A stretch of 64,000 nt of DNA from Dehalococcoidia bacterium. Lineage in GTDB: Bacteria > Chloroflexota > Dehalococcoidia > Bin125. The notes beneath the pieces are model-generated. The model was not told the DNA's origin, did no database searches, and saw only the letters and a program-made list of their open reading frames with translations. Below, one piece after another: positions 1 to 9,234 of the stretch. A program made the translations under genes and the position numbers. The first letter of the stretch is position 1. Every line of letters begins with the position of its first letter. Location of the stretch: positions 1,706,576 to 1,770,575 of the forward strand of contig OZ242037.1 in NCBI GenBank assembly GCA_965205165.1, given 5' to 3'.

Positions 1-813
1 GGCATCGACCTCGGCATCGACGACTTCGACCGCGTCTCCGAGCGCACCCCCCTGATCGGCGACCTCCGCCCCGGCGGCCGCTACGTCGCCCTCGACATGG
101 ACCGCGCCGGCGGCACCCCCCTCCTCGCCAAGCGCCTGCTCGAACACGACCTCATCCACGGCGCCGAAATGACCGTCACCGGCAAGACCCTCGCCGAATC
201 CGCCGCCGACGCCGGGGAAACCGAAGGCCAGGACGTCATCCTCCCCGTCGAACGCGCCCTCAAGCCCACCGGCGGCCTCGTCATCCTCAAGGGCTCCCTC
301 GCCCCCCAAGGCGCAGTCGTCAAAGTCGCCGGCCACGAGCGCCAGCTCCACACCGGCCCCGCCCGCGTCTTCGAGCGCGAAGAAGACGCCATGGCAGCCG
401 CCACCACCGGCCGAATCAACGAAGGCGACGTCGTCGTCATCCGCTACGAAGGCCCCAAAGGCGGCCCGGGCATGCGCGAAATGCTCGGCGTCACCGCCGC
501 CCTCGTCGGCGCCGGCTTGGGCGACTCCGTGGCCCTCCTCACCGACGGCCGCTTCAGCGGCGCAACCCGCGGCCTCATGATCGGCCACGTAGCCCCCGAA
601 GCCGCCATCAACGGCCCCATCGCCCAAGTCCAAGAACACGACCAAATCACCATCGACATCCCCAACCGCCGCCTAGACCTCAACGTCCCCGCCCCCGAGC
701 TCCAAGCCCGAAGGGAAACCTGGACCCCCCCCGCCCCCAACTACGCCCGCGGCATCTTCGCCAAATACGCCGCCCAAGTCTCCGGCGCAGAACAAGGCGC
801 CGTCACCAGCTGA
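1..813 (+). CDS. IlvD/EDD-family dehydratase, C-terminal part (5' end lies outside the window)
   Basis: The frame is open from base 1. The translation '[26 protein letters not shown]...[18 protein letters not shown]...LTDGRFSG' matches the conserved C-terminal region of the dihydroxy-acid/6-phosphogluconate dehydratase family. Confidence 0.8.
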   Translation, partial: GIDLGIDDFDRVSERTPLIGDLRPGGRYVALDMDRAGGTPLLAKRLLEHDLIHGAEMTVTGKTLAESAADAGETEGQDVILPVERALKPTGGLVILKGSLAPQGAVVKVAGHERQLHTGPARVFEREEDAMAAATTGRINEGDVVVIRYEGPKGGPGMREMLGVTAALVGAGLGDSVALLTDGRFSGATRGLMIGHVAPEAAINGPIAQVQEHDQITIDIPNRRLDLNVPAPELQARRETWTPPAPNYARGIFAKYAAQVSGAEQGAVTS

Positions 814-842
814 CCGTGCTATGATGGACACGGAGCCGCCCC

Positions 843-2222
843 ATGCTGACCGAAATCACCCTAGAAAACTTCCGCTGCTTCCACGAGCAACAAACTGCCC
901 GCTTGGCCCCCCTCACCCTTTTGGTGGGCGAAAACAGCACCGGTAAGACATCCTTCCTAGCGCTGCTTCGAGCGCTAGCGGAGTTCGCCAACACTGGCGA
1001 GACCCCCAGATTTACCGAACCGCCATATGAACTCGGCTCGTTTGCGGACATTATTCATCATACCGAAGGCAACCTCAGACCGCAATCCTTCGATGCTGGT
1101 TTCACAGCGATCTATCCTCGTCGTGGGCCTGTGAAACCAAATGTTCCGATCTCTTTTTCCGTGACGTTTGAAGAGCATGCTGCTACACCTGTGCCTGTCA
1201 GACGAAGAATCTCACATGATGAAGCATGGATCGAAGATCGCTTAATTCAGAAAGCGAACTATAGTATTATATGCCATACTCGCCGTGGCGACTGGAGTAT
1301 CCCGTTTCGCCGCTTCGAAGCAGAGTACGGTGAACTAGGCGACTACAGTCGTACCTTGAGCACCGCATTGCGGCCTCTTCGATGGCCCGGTGTTCAGCAT
1401 GCAGATATAGATATCGATCTTTTCCATCCAATCGCGGCTTCACCTAAGATCGCCGAAGCGGACATTATTGAGCTTCGGAATGTTGCAGAACGTTATTTTT
1501 TTAGTTACCGTGGACAAATAAGCGATCATACATATGCCGGAGCTCCGATCCGATCGCAACCACAACGCACATACCGCCCATCTCGCCCAACTCCAGATCC
1601 GGAAGGAAATTACATTCCTTCGTATTTTGCTGATCTTTCAGTTCGAGACCCCAAGGAATGGCAAATTCTCAAAGGTGAACTTGAAAAATTTGGGAGAGAT
1701 GCTGGGCTATTCGACTCAATCGGTATCATGCAGTATGGCGAGGCAGGTAGCGGTCCGTTCGAAATCCAAATCTATCAAGGAGACAACAAACCTCAGCGTG
1801 CGAGAAATTTGATCGACATGGGATACGGGGTGAGTCAGGTCTTGCCAATAATCACAGAGTTACAGCGCCCAATTCCACGACGAAGCACATCAACACAATA
1901 TCTGCTACAGCAACCGGAAGTTCACCTGCATCCAAGTGCTCAAGCCGCACTCGGATCGCTCCTGTGTAACCTTGCATCCGAGCAGAGACAGCTGTTCGTG
2001 GAGACTCACAGCGATTATATCGTGGATCGTATACGATGGGATGTCCGTGATGGTCGGACAAATCTTCAAGAGAAGGATGTGTCAATCCTCTATTTCGAAC
2101 GACGAGGCACGGATGTCATGATTCATTCACTGGAACTAGATGAAGAAGGCCAAGTTAACGGGCAACCAGAGAGTTACCGAAAATTCTTCACGGCCGAAGT
2201 TCGACGCCAGCTGGATCTCTGA
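843..2222 (+). CDS. AAA-family ATPase (RecF/ABC-like, AAA_21/AAA_15-type), likely the ATPase of a two-gene abortive-infection or defence-like module
   Basis: The N-terminus 'ITLENFRCF...LTLLVGENSTGKTSFL' is a Walker A P-loop. The downstream 'LLQQPEVHLHP...LFVETHSDYIV' gives Walker B/D-loop and signature-like motifs. A TATGAT -10-like box lies about 20 nt upstream. The gene is AT-richer than its surroundings. Confidence 0.75.
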   Translation: MLTEITLENFRCFHEQQTARLAPLTLLVGENSTGKTSFLALLRALAEFANTGETPRFTEPPYELGSFADIIHHTEGNLRPQSFDAGFTAIYPRRGPVKPNVPISFSVTFEEHAATPVPVRRRISHDEAWIEDRLIQKANYSIICHTRRGDWSIPFRRFEAEYGELGDYSRTLSTALRPLRWPGVQHADIDIDLFHPIAASPKIAEADIIELRNVAERYFFSYRGQISDHTYAGAPIRSQPQRTYRPSRPTPDPEGNYIPSYFADLSVRDPKEWQILKGELEKFGRDAGLFDSIGIMQYGEAGSGPFEIQIYQGDNKPQRARNLIDMGYGVSQVLPIITELQRPIPRRSTSTQYLLQQPEVHLHPSAQAALGSLLCNLASEQRQLFVETHSDYIVDRIRWDVRDGRTNLQEKDVSILYFERRGTDVMIHSLELDEEGQVNGQPESYRKFFTAEVRRQLDL

Positions 2223-2223
2223 C

Positions 2224-2709
2224 ATGTGTGCCATCGTTGATGCCAGTGGCGCGAACGATGTGTTCGGTAAGAACCGCCCAGAGATCGGGAGTACGTTTTT
2301 TGATTGGATCAACGATCATGGTCGCATTCTGACTGGCGGAAAACTAACAATGGAGATCGGTGATCTGTGCCCACGCTTTCTCGAGTGGGCGAAAGAAGCT
2401 GAAAGGACAGGTAAATTAAAAAGAATGAGTCACTCGAAAATTCACAGAGAGATAACCGAAGTCATCAAGCGTAAGCATGGTGGTTCTCCTTTGAACGATG
2501 CCCATATACTCGCCATTGCCCGCCTAGGCGGAGCGCGACTGTTGTATGCAAACGATAAAGACTTGTTGGAAAACTTTGTCGATTCGCACCTTGTCTCGCG
2601 TCCACAAGGTGACACATTGACGAGCCTCACTGGGGGCCGCGTCACCGATGAAGATCGAGAAATATTGGAGCGAGCAACAGAGAGATGTCGCCGGCAGAAG
2701 TCCGGGTAA
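2224..2709 (+). CDS. Small partner protein of the AAA ATPase with a PIN-like acidic-residue pattern (possible nuclease)
   Basis: An ATG lies 1 nt after the ATPase stop, suggesting translational coupling. The 'MCAIVDASGAND...NDAHILAIARLGG...LLYANDKDL' segment has a PIN/TOPRIM-like arrangement of conserved Asp residues. The gene is low in GC. The family assignment is tentative. Confidence 0.45.
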   Translation: MCAIVDASGANDVFGKNRPEIGSTFFDWINDHGRILTGGKLTMEIGDLCPRFLEWAKEAERTGKLKRMSHSKIHREITEVIKRKHGGSPLNDAHILAIARLGGARLLYANDKDLLENFVDSHLVSRPQGDTLTSLTGGRVTDEDREILERATERCRRQKSG

Positions 2710-2727
2710 GACTAAAATAGCACCTCC

Positions 2728-4083
2728 CTACCCTGCCACCGTCTCATACGCCCCCGCCACTTGGCACACCGTCGCCTCGTCCCAGTGCCGCCCGCCGATC
2801 ATCAGCCCGATCGGCAAACCCTTCTCGTCAAACCCGCATGGCACCGAAATCGCTGGAATCCCCGTCACGTCAAACGGCGCCGTCAGCCTCGCCAGCTCCG
2901 CAGTCGGATCCCCGTCTTCGATCAGCGGCGCAGTCCGCGAACAAGTCGGCGACACCAGAACATCGACTTGCTCCAGCACACCCCGCGTCTCCTCGATGAA
3001 CTTCCGCCGCAATCGCTGGTCGTTGATGTAATCGACCGCGCTCACCGTGAGCCCCGCCTCGATCCGTGGCAGGATGTCGCCGTATTCGTCCCGCCGCTCG
3101 CGCAGCCACTTCTCGTGGTAGGCCGCCGCCTCCGCGATGATCGTCAGGCCGCGCCCGCTCCCCGTCTGCAGCGGCAACTCGACCTCTTCCACCACCGCGC
3201 CCAGCCCGCGCAGCACATCGACCGCCTCCGTGCATGCCGTCGCGACTTCGTCGTCCACTCCGTCCCACAGCATCTTCGTCGCCAGCCCGATCTTGAGCCC
3301 GGAGATCTCCTCGCCCAACTTCGCCGCCGCGTCGTCCACCGGCCGCTCCGCGCTGCCGGGGTCCGCCGGGTCGTGCCCCGCGATCGCGTTCAGCACCAGC
3401 GCCGCGTCCTCCACCGTCTTCGCCAGCGGCCCCACGTGGTCCAGCGTCCACGAGAGCGGCAGCACGCCCGCCCGCGAGACGCGACCGTACGTCCCCATCA
3501 GCCCGACCACGCCGCACAGCGACGCCGGTATCCGGATGCTCCCGCCCGTGTCCGACCCCAGCGCCGCCAGCGACGAACCGACCGCGACCGACGCCCCGCT
3601 GCCGCCGCTGCTCCCGCCCGGCGAGCGCTCTTCATCCCACGGATTCCGCACCGCCCCGAAATGCGGATTCCGGCTCGTCGTCCCGAACGCGAACTCGTGC
3701 AGGTTCAGCTTCCCCGGCATCACCGCGCCCGCCTCCTGCAGCTTGCGGTACACAGTCGCGTCCGCCTCCGGCACCCGCTCCCGCAGGAAGCCCGATCCTC
3801 CCGTCGTCGCAATCCCCGCCGTGTCCACCAAGTCCTTCAGCGCCACCGGAATCCCGTGCAGCGGCCCCAGGTCGCGCCCGTCCCGCAGCGCCGCGTCCGC
3901 CTCCGCCGCCTGTTCCCGCGCCAAGTCCCCCGTCACCGTGATGTACGCGTTCAGCCGCGGCTCCGTCTCCGCGATCCGCCCCAGCACCGACTCCGTCAGC
4001 CCCGCCACCGTCAACGATCCGTCCCGCAGCGCCGCCCCCGCCTCGACGATCGTCAACTCATGCGGCTGCCGCTCCCCGGCCAT
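2728..4083 (-). CDS. Amidase (amidase-signature family, GatA-like)
   Basis: A full-length 451-aa ORF carries the amidase-signature region 'GGSSGGSGASVAVGSSLAALGSDTGGSIRIPAS' with the Ser-cisSer-Lys catalytic residues in context. Confidence 0.9.
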   Translation of the reverse strand: MAGERQPHELTIVEAGAALRDGSLTVAGLTESVLGRIAETEPRLNAYITVTGDLAREQAAEADAALRDGRDLGPLHGIPVALKDLVDTAGIATTGGSGFLRERVPEADATVYRKLQEAGAVMPGKLNLHEFAFGTTSRNPHFGAVRNPWDEERSPGGSSGGSGASVAVGSSLAALGSDTGGSIRIPASLCGVVGLMGTYGRVSRAGVLPLSWTLDHVGPLAKTVEDAALVLNAIAGHDPADPGSAERPVDDAAAKLGEEISGLKIGLATKMLWDGVDDEVATACTEAVDVLRGLGAVVEEVELPLQTGSGRGLTIIAEAAAYHEKWLRERRDEYGDILPRIEAGLTVSAVDYINDQRLRRKFIEETRGVLEQVDVLVSPTCSRTAPLIEDGDPTAELARLTAPFDVTGIPAISVPCGFDEKGLPIGLMIGGRHWDEATVCQVAGAYETVAG

Positions 4084-4086
4084 CGC

Positions 4087-4284
4087 TCACGCCCCTCCGT
4101 CGAAGCGCAGCCCGAACGCCGGCTCCGTCTCGCCCAGATCGACCCGCTCCCGATCGCGCGAACGCGCCCGGATCACCCGCTCCACCAGCGGCGCCATCTC
4201 CGCCAGCCGCTCCTCCGAAGGCGCCTCGCCCAGCGCCTCCGCCAGCGCCCGCAGAGCCGTCTTCGCCGCTTCCGTCTCCGCCAT
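4087..4284 (-). CDS. GatC-like small protein (Asp/Glu-tRNA amidotransferase subunit C-like), coupled to the amidase
   Basis: The 65-aa product 'MAETEAAKTALRALAEALGEAPSEERLAEMAPLVERVIRARSRDRERVDLGETEP' resembles GatC. Its stop lies 3 nt before the amidase start codon. Confidence 0.5.
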   Translation of the reverse strand: MAETEAAKTALRALAEALGEAPSEERLAEMAPLVERVIRARSRDRERVDLGETEPAFGLRFDGGA

Positions 4285-4383
4285 CGCGCCGCCTCCGAAT
4301 CGCCCGCGAGTATAGGCCGCTCCATCCACCTCCGCGCCTGCCTCTATCCTGCCGCCAACGCGCACCGAACGCAGGAGGCAGCC

Positions 4384-5172
4384 ATGGCCGATGAAGTCCT
4401 GTTCGACATCCACGAGCGGGTGGCCACCATCACGCTCAACCGCCCGGACAAGATGAACACCATCAACGCCGCACTCGGCTCGCAGCTGATCGAATCGCTC
4501 CTCGAAGTCCGCAACAACGACGCGATCCGCGCCGCCGTCATCACCGGCGCGGGCGACCGCGCCTTCTGCGCCGGCGCCGACCTCACCCAAGGCGACGGCC
4601 CCGCCGCCAGCGCCGGACCGGCCGGCCACTTCCAGACCGACGCGCGCCCCCGCTTCGACGAGTTCGACGCCAAGAAGCCGCTGATCGCCGCCATCAACGG
4701 CCACGCCCTCGGCGGCGGCTTCGAAATCGCCCTCGTCTGCGACCTCCGCATCGGCGCTGAAAACGAGCGCGCGCGCCTCGGCCTGCCCGAAATCACGCTC
4801 GGCTTCTTCCCACTCGCCGGCGGCCCCATGCGCCTCCCCCGCGCCATCCCGCAGGCCTACGCCAACGAAATGCTCTTCCTCGGCCGCCGCCTCGACATGC
4901 AGACCGCCCTCCAATGGGGCCTGATCAGCCGCCTCGTCCCCCAGGACCAGCTGCTCCCCACCGCCCAGGAGATGGCCGGCCAGATCGCCGGCTACGCCCC
5001 CATCGCCGTCCGCGCCCTCAAGGAACTCATCTACGCGCAGACCGACATGACCCTCGACCAAGCCAACCGCTTCGGCGCGAGCCTCCGCTGGATCGTCGGC
5101 CAAACCGCCGACTCCAAAGAAGGCCCCCGCGCCTTCGCCGAACGCCGCACCCCCGAATTCAAAGGCGAGTAG
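4384..5172 (+). CDS. Enoyl-CoA hydratase/isomerase (crotonase fold)
   Basis: The 262-aa product contains 'ITLNRPDKMNTIN...AFCAGADL...INGHALGGGFEIALVCDLRIG', which are crotonase motifs. Confidence 0.9.
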   Translation: MADEVLFDIHERVATITLNRPDKMNTINAALGSQLIESLLEVRNNDAIRAAVITGAGDRAFCAGADLTQGDGPAASAGPAGHFQTDARPRFDEFDAKKPLIAAINGHALGGGFEIALVCDLRIGAENERARLGLPEITLGFFPLAGGPMRLPRAIPQAYANEMLFLGRRLDMQTALQWGLISRLVPQDQLLPTAQEMAGQIAGYAPIAVRALKELIYAQTDMTLDQANRFGASLRWIVGQTADSKEGPRAFAERRTPEFKGE

Positions 5173-5210
5173 CGGGCCGGCGACCAATCTCGCGGGAGAA
5201 AGGCAGACCA

Positions 5211-6323
5211 GTGGAACTTCACGATCAGCTCGTGGCACTCGCCCAGCGGCTTCCCAGCCTCCAAGGCAGTCTGCAGACCGAGGAGGCCACCAAGCACGCA
5301 CTGGTGCTGCCGTTCATCGCGGCGCTCGGCTACAACGTGTTCGACCCCGCCCAAGTCATCCCGGAGTACGTCGCCGATGTCGCTGGCCTGAAGGGCGAGA
5401 AGGTCGATTACGTGCTCATGCACGACGGCGTGCCAGCGGTGCTGATCGAGTGCAAACAGGCGAATGTTGAGCTGCTTGACCGCCACCTTGCTCAGATCTC
5501 GCGGTACTTCACTCGAACGCCAGCCAAGATCGGCGTCCTCACGAACGGCATCGTGTACCGGTTCTTCACGGACCTTACCGAGCCGAATGTGATGGACGAT
5601 GAGCCGTTCCTCGCCTTGGACCTCCGCCAACTAGATACGGACGCGGTCAAGGAGCTTCACCGAATCACGCACGATCGCCTCGATCTGGACGGGATGGTCG
5701 AGGCCGCACGCGAGCTCTCGTATCTCAACGGCATGCAAGCAGTGCTTGCACGGCAGTTGACGGAGCCCGACGAAGATCTGGTTCGGTGGCTGGCCGGGCA
5801 GGTGTACAACGGCAGGCTCACAGAGTCGGTCCGTGCCGAGTTCGCCGAGAGAACGAAGAATGCCTTCCGCTCTCTGATCAACGATCGCGTGAATGAGCTC
5901 GTAAAGCGCGCCGCTGAATTCCAGAAGGCCGACTCGGCCGCCGACGCTGATCTAGAGGAAGAGATCGGCGGAGCCGACGAGGACGATCTGGACCCGGACG
6001 ACGAAGGCGACGGCATCGTCACGACTGTGGAGGAGATGGAGGCCCTCGACCTGATTCGGGCGATCTTGGCAGACACAATCAGCGCCGATCGCGTGGTGAT
6101 GCGCGACAACAAGGCCTACTGCGCCATCCTCCTCGACGACAACAACCGCAAGCCGCTGGTCCGATTGCGGTTCGGCAAGCGCAAGAAGGTCATCGGGCTG
6201 TTCGACGCCGAGAAGAACGAGACCAAGTACCCCATCAGGTCGCTCAACGAGCTGTACCGATACCATGATGAGCTGTGCGAGACCGTCGCGCGCTACGACG
6301 AGAATCGAGCAGACGATGACTGA
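5211..6323 (+). CDS. Stand-alone type I restriction enzyme HsdR N-terminal-like (PD-(D/E)xK nuclease fold) protein
   Basis: The segment 'LVLPFIAALGYNVFDP...EKVDYVLMHDGVPAVLIECKQANVEL' fits the D...E-x-K core of the HsdR_N family. It is followed by an acidic Asp/Glu-rich tail. A GTG start follows the RBS 'GGGAGAAAGG'. GC is lower than in the neighbouring genes. Confidence 0.6.
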   Translation: MELHDQLVALAQRLPSLQGSLQTEEATKHALVLPFIAALGYNVFDPAQVIPEYVADVAGLKGEKVDYVLMHDGVPAVLIECKQANVELLDRHLAQISRYFTRTPAKIGVLTNGIVYRFFTDLTEPNVMDDEPFLALDLRQLDTDAVKELHRITHDRLDLDGMVEAARELSYLNGMQAVLARQLTEPDEDLVRWLAGQVYNGRLTESVRAEFAERTKNAFRSLINDRVNELVKRAAEFQKADSAADADLEEEIGGADEDDLDPDDEGDGIVTTVEEMEALDLIRAILADTISADRVVMRDNKAYCAILLDDNNRKPLVRLRFGKRKKVIGLFDAEKNETKYPIRSLNELYRYHDELCETVARYDENRADDD

Positions 6324-7506
6324 CCGCCTCCCCCTCGAAGACCTGTTCGTCCTCGACCTCACCCGCGCACGCGCCGGGCCCACCGCCACGCGCCAGCTCG
6401 GCGACTGGGGCGCAGACGTGCTCAAAATCGAGCAGCCCGCCGCCAAGGGCGCGGCCGACGGCATCACCGGCGACCGCGAATCCAGCGACTTCCTCAACCT
6501 CCACCGCAACAAGCGCTCGCTCGGCCTCAACCTCAAGGAGCCCGAAGCCCGCGACATCTTCATGCGCCTCGCCGAACGCGCCGATGTCGTCGTCGAAAAC
6601 TACCGGCCCGACGTCAAGCGCCGCCTCGGCATCGACTACGAAGCCGTCAGCGCCGTCAACCCCCGCATCATCTACGGCTCGATCTCCGGCTTCGGCCAAG
6701 ACGGGCCCTACGAGCGACGGCCCGGCGTCGACCAGATCGCGCAGGGCCTCGGCGGCCTCATGTCCGTCACCGGACTGCCCGGCGGCGGACCCGTCCGCGT
6801 CGGCATACCGATCGCCGACCTCTGCGCCGGTAACTTCCTCGCCCAGGCCATACTGATCGCGCTGATCGACCGCGGGCGCACCGGCAAGGGCCAGTGGGTG
6901 CACACATCCCTGCTCGAAGCGCAGATCGCGATGATGGATCTGCAAGCAACACGCTGGCTGATCGATGCTGAAGTGCCCGGCCAAGCCGGCAACGACCATC
7001 CCACCCTGATGCCGACCGGCGTCTACGAAACCAGCGACGGCCACATCAACATCGCCGCCGCCGGCGGCCTGCTCTACGAGCGCATGTGCCAAGCCATCGG
7101 CTCGCCCGAACTGATTGACCACCCGGACTACGCCACCACCGTCCAGCGCAGCGACAACCGAGACGCGCTCAACGCGGCGATCAATTCAAAAACCCGCGCC
7201 AAGACCAGCGCCGAATGGATCGACATACTCAACGAAGCCGGCGTCCCCTGCGGCCCGATCTACGACGTCGAGCAGACCTTCGCCGACGAACAGGTGCGGC
7301 ACCTCGGCCAAGCCCGCCCCGCGCCCCACCACGAGCGCGGCGAAGTGACCATCGTCGGCCAGCCGATCAACCTCACCGCAACCCCGCAACCCGCAAGCAT
7401 GCGGCTGCCATGCCCCCAACTCGGCGAGCATACCGACGATGTGCTCGCCGGGCTCGGATACGACCAAGCGCAGATCGCCGACCTCCATGAGCGCGGCATC
7501 GTCTGA
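6316..7506 (+). CDS. CoA-transferase family III (CaiB/BaiF)
   Basis: The N-terminus 'LEDLFVLDLTRARAGPTATRQLGDWGADVLKIEQP' and the family-wide length and motifs match. The start overlaps the upstream stop. Confidence 0.9.
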   Translation: MTDRLPLEDLFVLDLTRARAGPTATRQLGDWGADVLKIEQPAAKGAADGITGDRESSDFLNLHRNKRSLGLNLKEPEARDIFMRLAERADVVVENYRPDVKRRLGIDYEAVSAVNPRIIYGSISGFGQDGPYERRPGVDQIAQGLGGLMSVTGLPGGGPVRVGIPIADLCAGNFLAQAILIALIDRGRTGKGQWVHTSLLEAQIAMMDLQATRWLIDAEVPGQAGNDHPTLMPTGVYETSDGHINIAAAGGLLYERMCQAIGSPELIDHPDYATTVQRSDNRDALNAAINSKTRAKTSAEWIDILNEAGVPCGPIYDVEQTFADEQVRHLGQARPAPHHERGEVTIVGQPINLTATPQPASMRLPCPQLGEHTDDVLAGLGYDQAQIADLHERGIV

Positions 7507-7524
7507 CCGGAACAGGAGCACCCG

Positions 7525-8325
7525 ATGAAAAACGAAATCACCCTCGACACCGACAAGATGCAGGCCTGGTCCGAAGACGGCATCGGCTGGATGGTGTTCA
7601 ACAACCCCGCCCGCCACAACGCGCTCAGCCTCGAAATGCAGCGCGTCGTGCCGACCATCCTCGGCGCATTCCGCGACGACGACAGCGTCCGCGTCGTGGT
7701 CATGCGCGGCGCAGGCGACAAGGCGTTCATCAGCGGCGCCGACATCTCCGAGTTCGAATCGCGCCGCAGCGACCCCGAAACCATCGCCAAGTTCGACAAA
7801 ATCTCCGCCGACGCCAGCCATGCCTACACCGACCTCGACAAGCCGATCATCGGCATGATCCGCGGCTGGTGCATGGGCGGCGGACTGCTCACCGCACTCC
7901 GCGCCGACCTCCGCATCGCCTCCGACGACTCCCGCTTCGGCATCCCCGCCGCCCGCCTCGGCCTCGGCTACGGCTACGGCGGCGTCAAGTCCCTGATCGA
8001 CCTGATCGGCCGACCCGCCACCGAGGAAATCCTGATCACCGCCAAGCGCTTCAACGCCGAAGACGCCCAGCGCTGGGGCCTCGTCAACCGCGTCGTCCCC
8101 GCCCAGGACCTCGAAGCCGAAGTCAAGGACCTCGCCGCCACCATCGCCGACAACGCCCCCCTCACCCTCAAGGCCCTCCGCTACGCCATCGCCCAATACC
8201 ACAAGCCCGAACCCGACCTCGAAGGCGCGGAACGCCTGGCCGCCGCCTGCTTCGCCAGCGAGGACTACAAAGAAGGCCGCCAAGCCTTCATGCAAAAGCG
8301 CCCCCCCAACTGGCAAGGCCGCTAG
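7525..8325 (+). CDS. Enoyl-CoA hydratase/isomerase family protein
   Basis: The 266-aa product carries the crotonase motifs 'AFISGADISEF...GWCMGGGLLTALRADLRIA'. Confidence 0.9.
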   Translation: MKNEITLDTDKMQAWSEDGIGWMVFNNPARHNALSLEMQRVVPTILGAFRDDDSVRVVVMRGAGDKAFISGADISEFESRRSDPETIAKFDKISADASHAYTDLDKPIIGMIRGWCMGGGLLTALRADLRIASDDSRFGIPAARLGLGYGYGGVKSLIDLIGRPATEEILITAKRFNAEDAQRWGLVNRVVPAQDLEAEVKDLAATIADNAPLTLKALRYAIAQYHKPEPDLEGAERLAAACFASEDYKEGRQAFMQKRPPNWQGR

Positions 8326-8370
8326 ACGCTCTGGTACAAGTGTGCTAGTGTGACGCCCAGAGGAGGCAAG

Positions 8371-9234
8371 ATGGCCGTAAAGAGCACCTATCGGGCACTG
8401 AGCTTGGGAGCGGGCGTGCAGAGCACCGTGCTCGCCCTCCTGCTCTCACGGGGTGACAGCCGGCTCCGAAAGCGCGGCTATCCGACACCGGACGTCGCGA
8501 TTTTCGCCGACACCGGCTGGGAACCGCAGTACGTCTACCGCCATTTGGACTGGCTGACCGAGGAGCTCGCGTTCCCTGTCGAGATTGTGAGGGCGGGTGA
8601 CCTGCGCGAGAACCTGCCGCGCGCCCGGACGCCGCAGGGCTACCGGTTCGTGGATGTGCCCCTCTTCACGGTCAACCCCGACGGCAAGAAGGGGATGCTC
8701 CGCCGCCAGTGCACGAACCACTACAAGGTCGCGCCGATCACCAAGGCGGTCCGTGAATGGGCGGGCGGCGTTCGAGGCCGCCCGTTCCCCCCCGATACGC
8801 GGGTTGAGATGTGGCTCGGCATCTCGACCGACGAGGTGCTCCGCATGAAGCCCAGCCGCGAGCACTGGATCGACCATCGCTGGCCGCTGATCGACCTGGA
8901 CATGTCCCGCCAAGATTGTCTAGACTGGTTCCATGCCCACTACCCGGACCGCCACCTCCCCCGCTCCGCCTGCGTCATCTGCCCCTTCCGGTCCGACGCG
9001 CATTGGGCCGAGCTCCGGGACGAGGAGCCCGAGAGCTACGCGGAAGCCGTGGCGTTCGACCGCTCGCTGCGCCAAGGCAGGAGTCGTCACGCGGTGCGCC
9101 GAGTCATCGATGGACGCCCGTATCTCCACGCTTCCCGGCGCCCGCTGGACACGGCGACCGTGGAAGGCTCGCAGGGCCCTGCCATCGACCTTGACGAGTT
9201 CGTCTCAGAGTGCGAAGGCATGTGCGGTGTCTGA
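8371..9234 (+). CDS. PAPS-reductase-like PP-loop ATP pyrophosphatase (DndC/SspD/phage PAPS-reductase-like; predicted nucleic-acid modification enzyme)
   Basis: A 'SLGAGVQST' PP-loop (SGGxDS-type) lies near the N-terminus and a C-terminal Cys cluster 'SACVICPFRSD' is present. An ATG at 8371 follows 'GAGGAGG'. The ORF could instead begin at the GTG at 8350. Confidence 0.8.
   Translation: MAVKSTYRALSLGAGVQSTVLALLLSRGDSRLRKRGYPTPDVAIFADTGWEPQYVYRHLDWLTEELAFPVEIVRAGDLRENLPRARTPQGYRFVDVPLFTVNPDGKKGMLRRQCTNHYKVAPITKAVREWAGGVRGRPFPPDTRVEMWLGISTDEVLRMKPSREHWIDHRWPLIDLDMSRQDCLDWFHAHYPDRHLPRSACVICPFRSDAHWAELRDEEPESYAEAVAFDRSLRQGRSRHAVRRVIDGRPYLHASRRPLDTATVEGSQGPAIDLDEFVSECEGMCGV

Noticed and set aside
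4087-5301. 404-aa minus-strand ORF overlapping the enoyl-CoA hydratase gene
   Set aside because: Only its last 65 codons (the GatC-like protein) look protein-like. The rest is Gly/Ala low complexity antisense to a well-supported crotonase gene.
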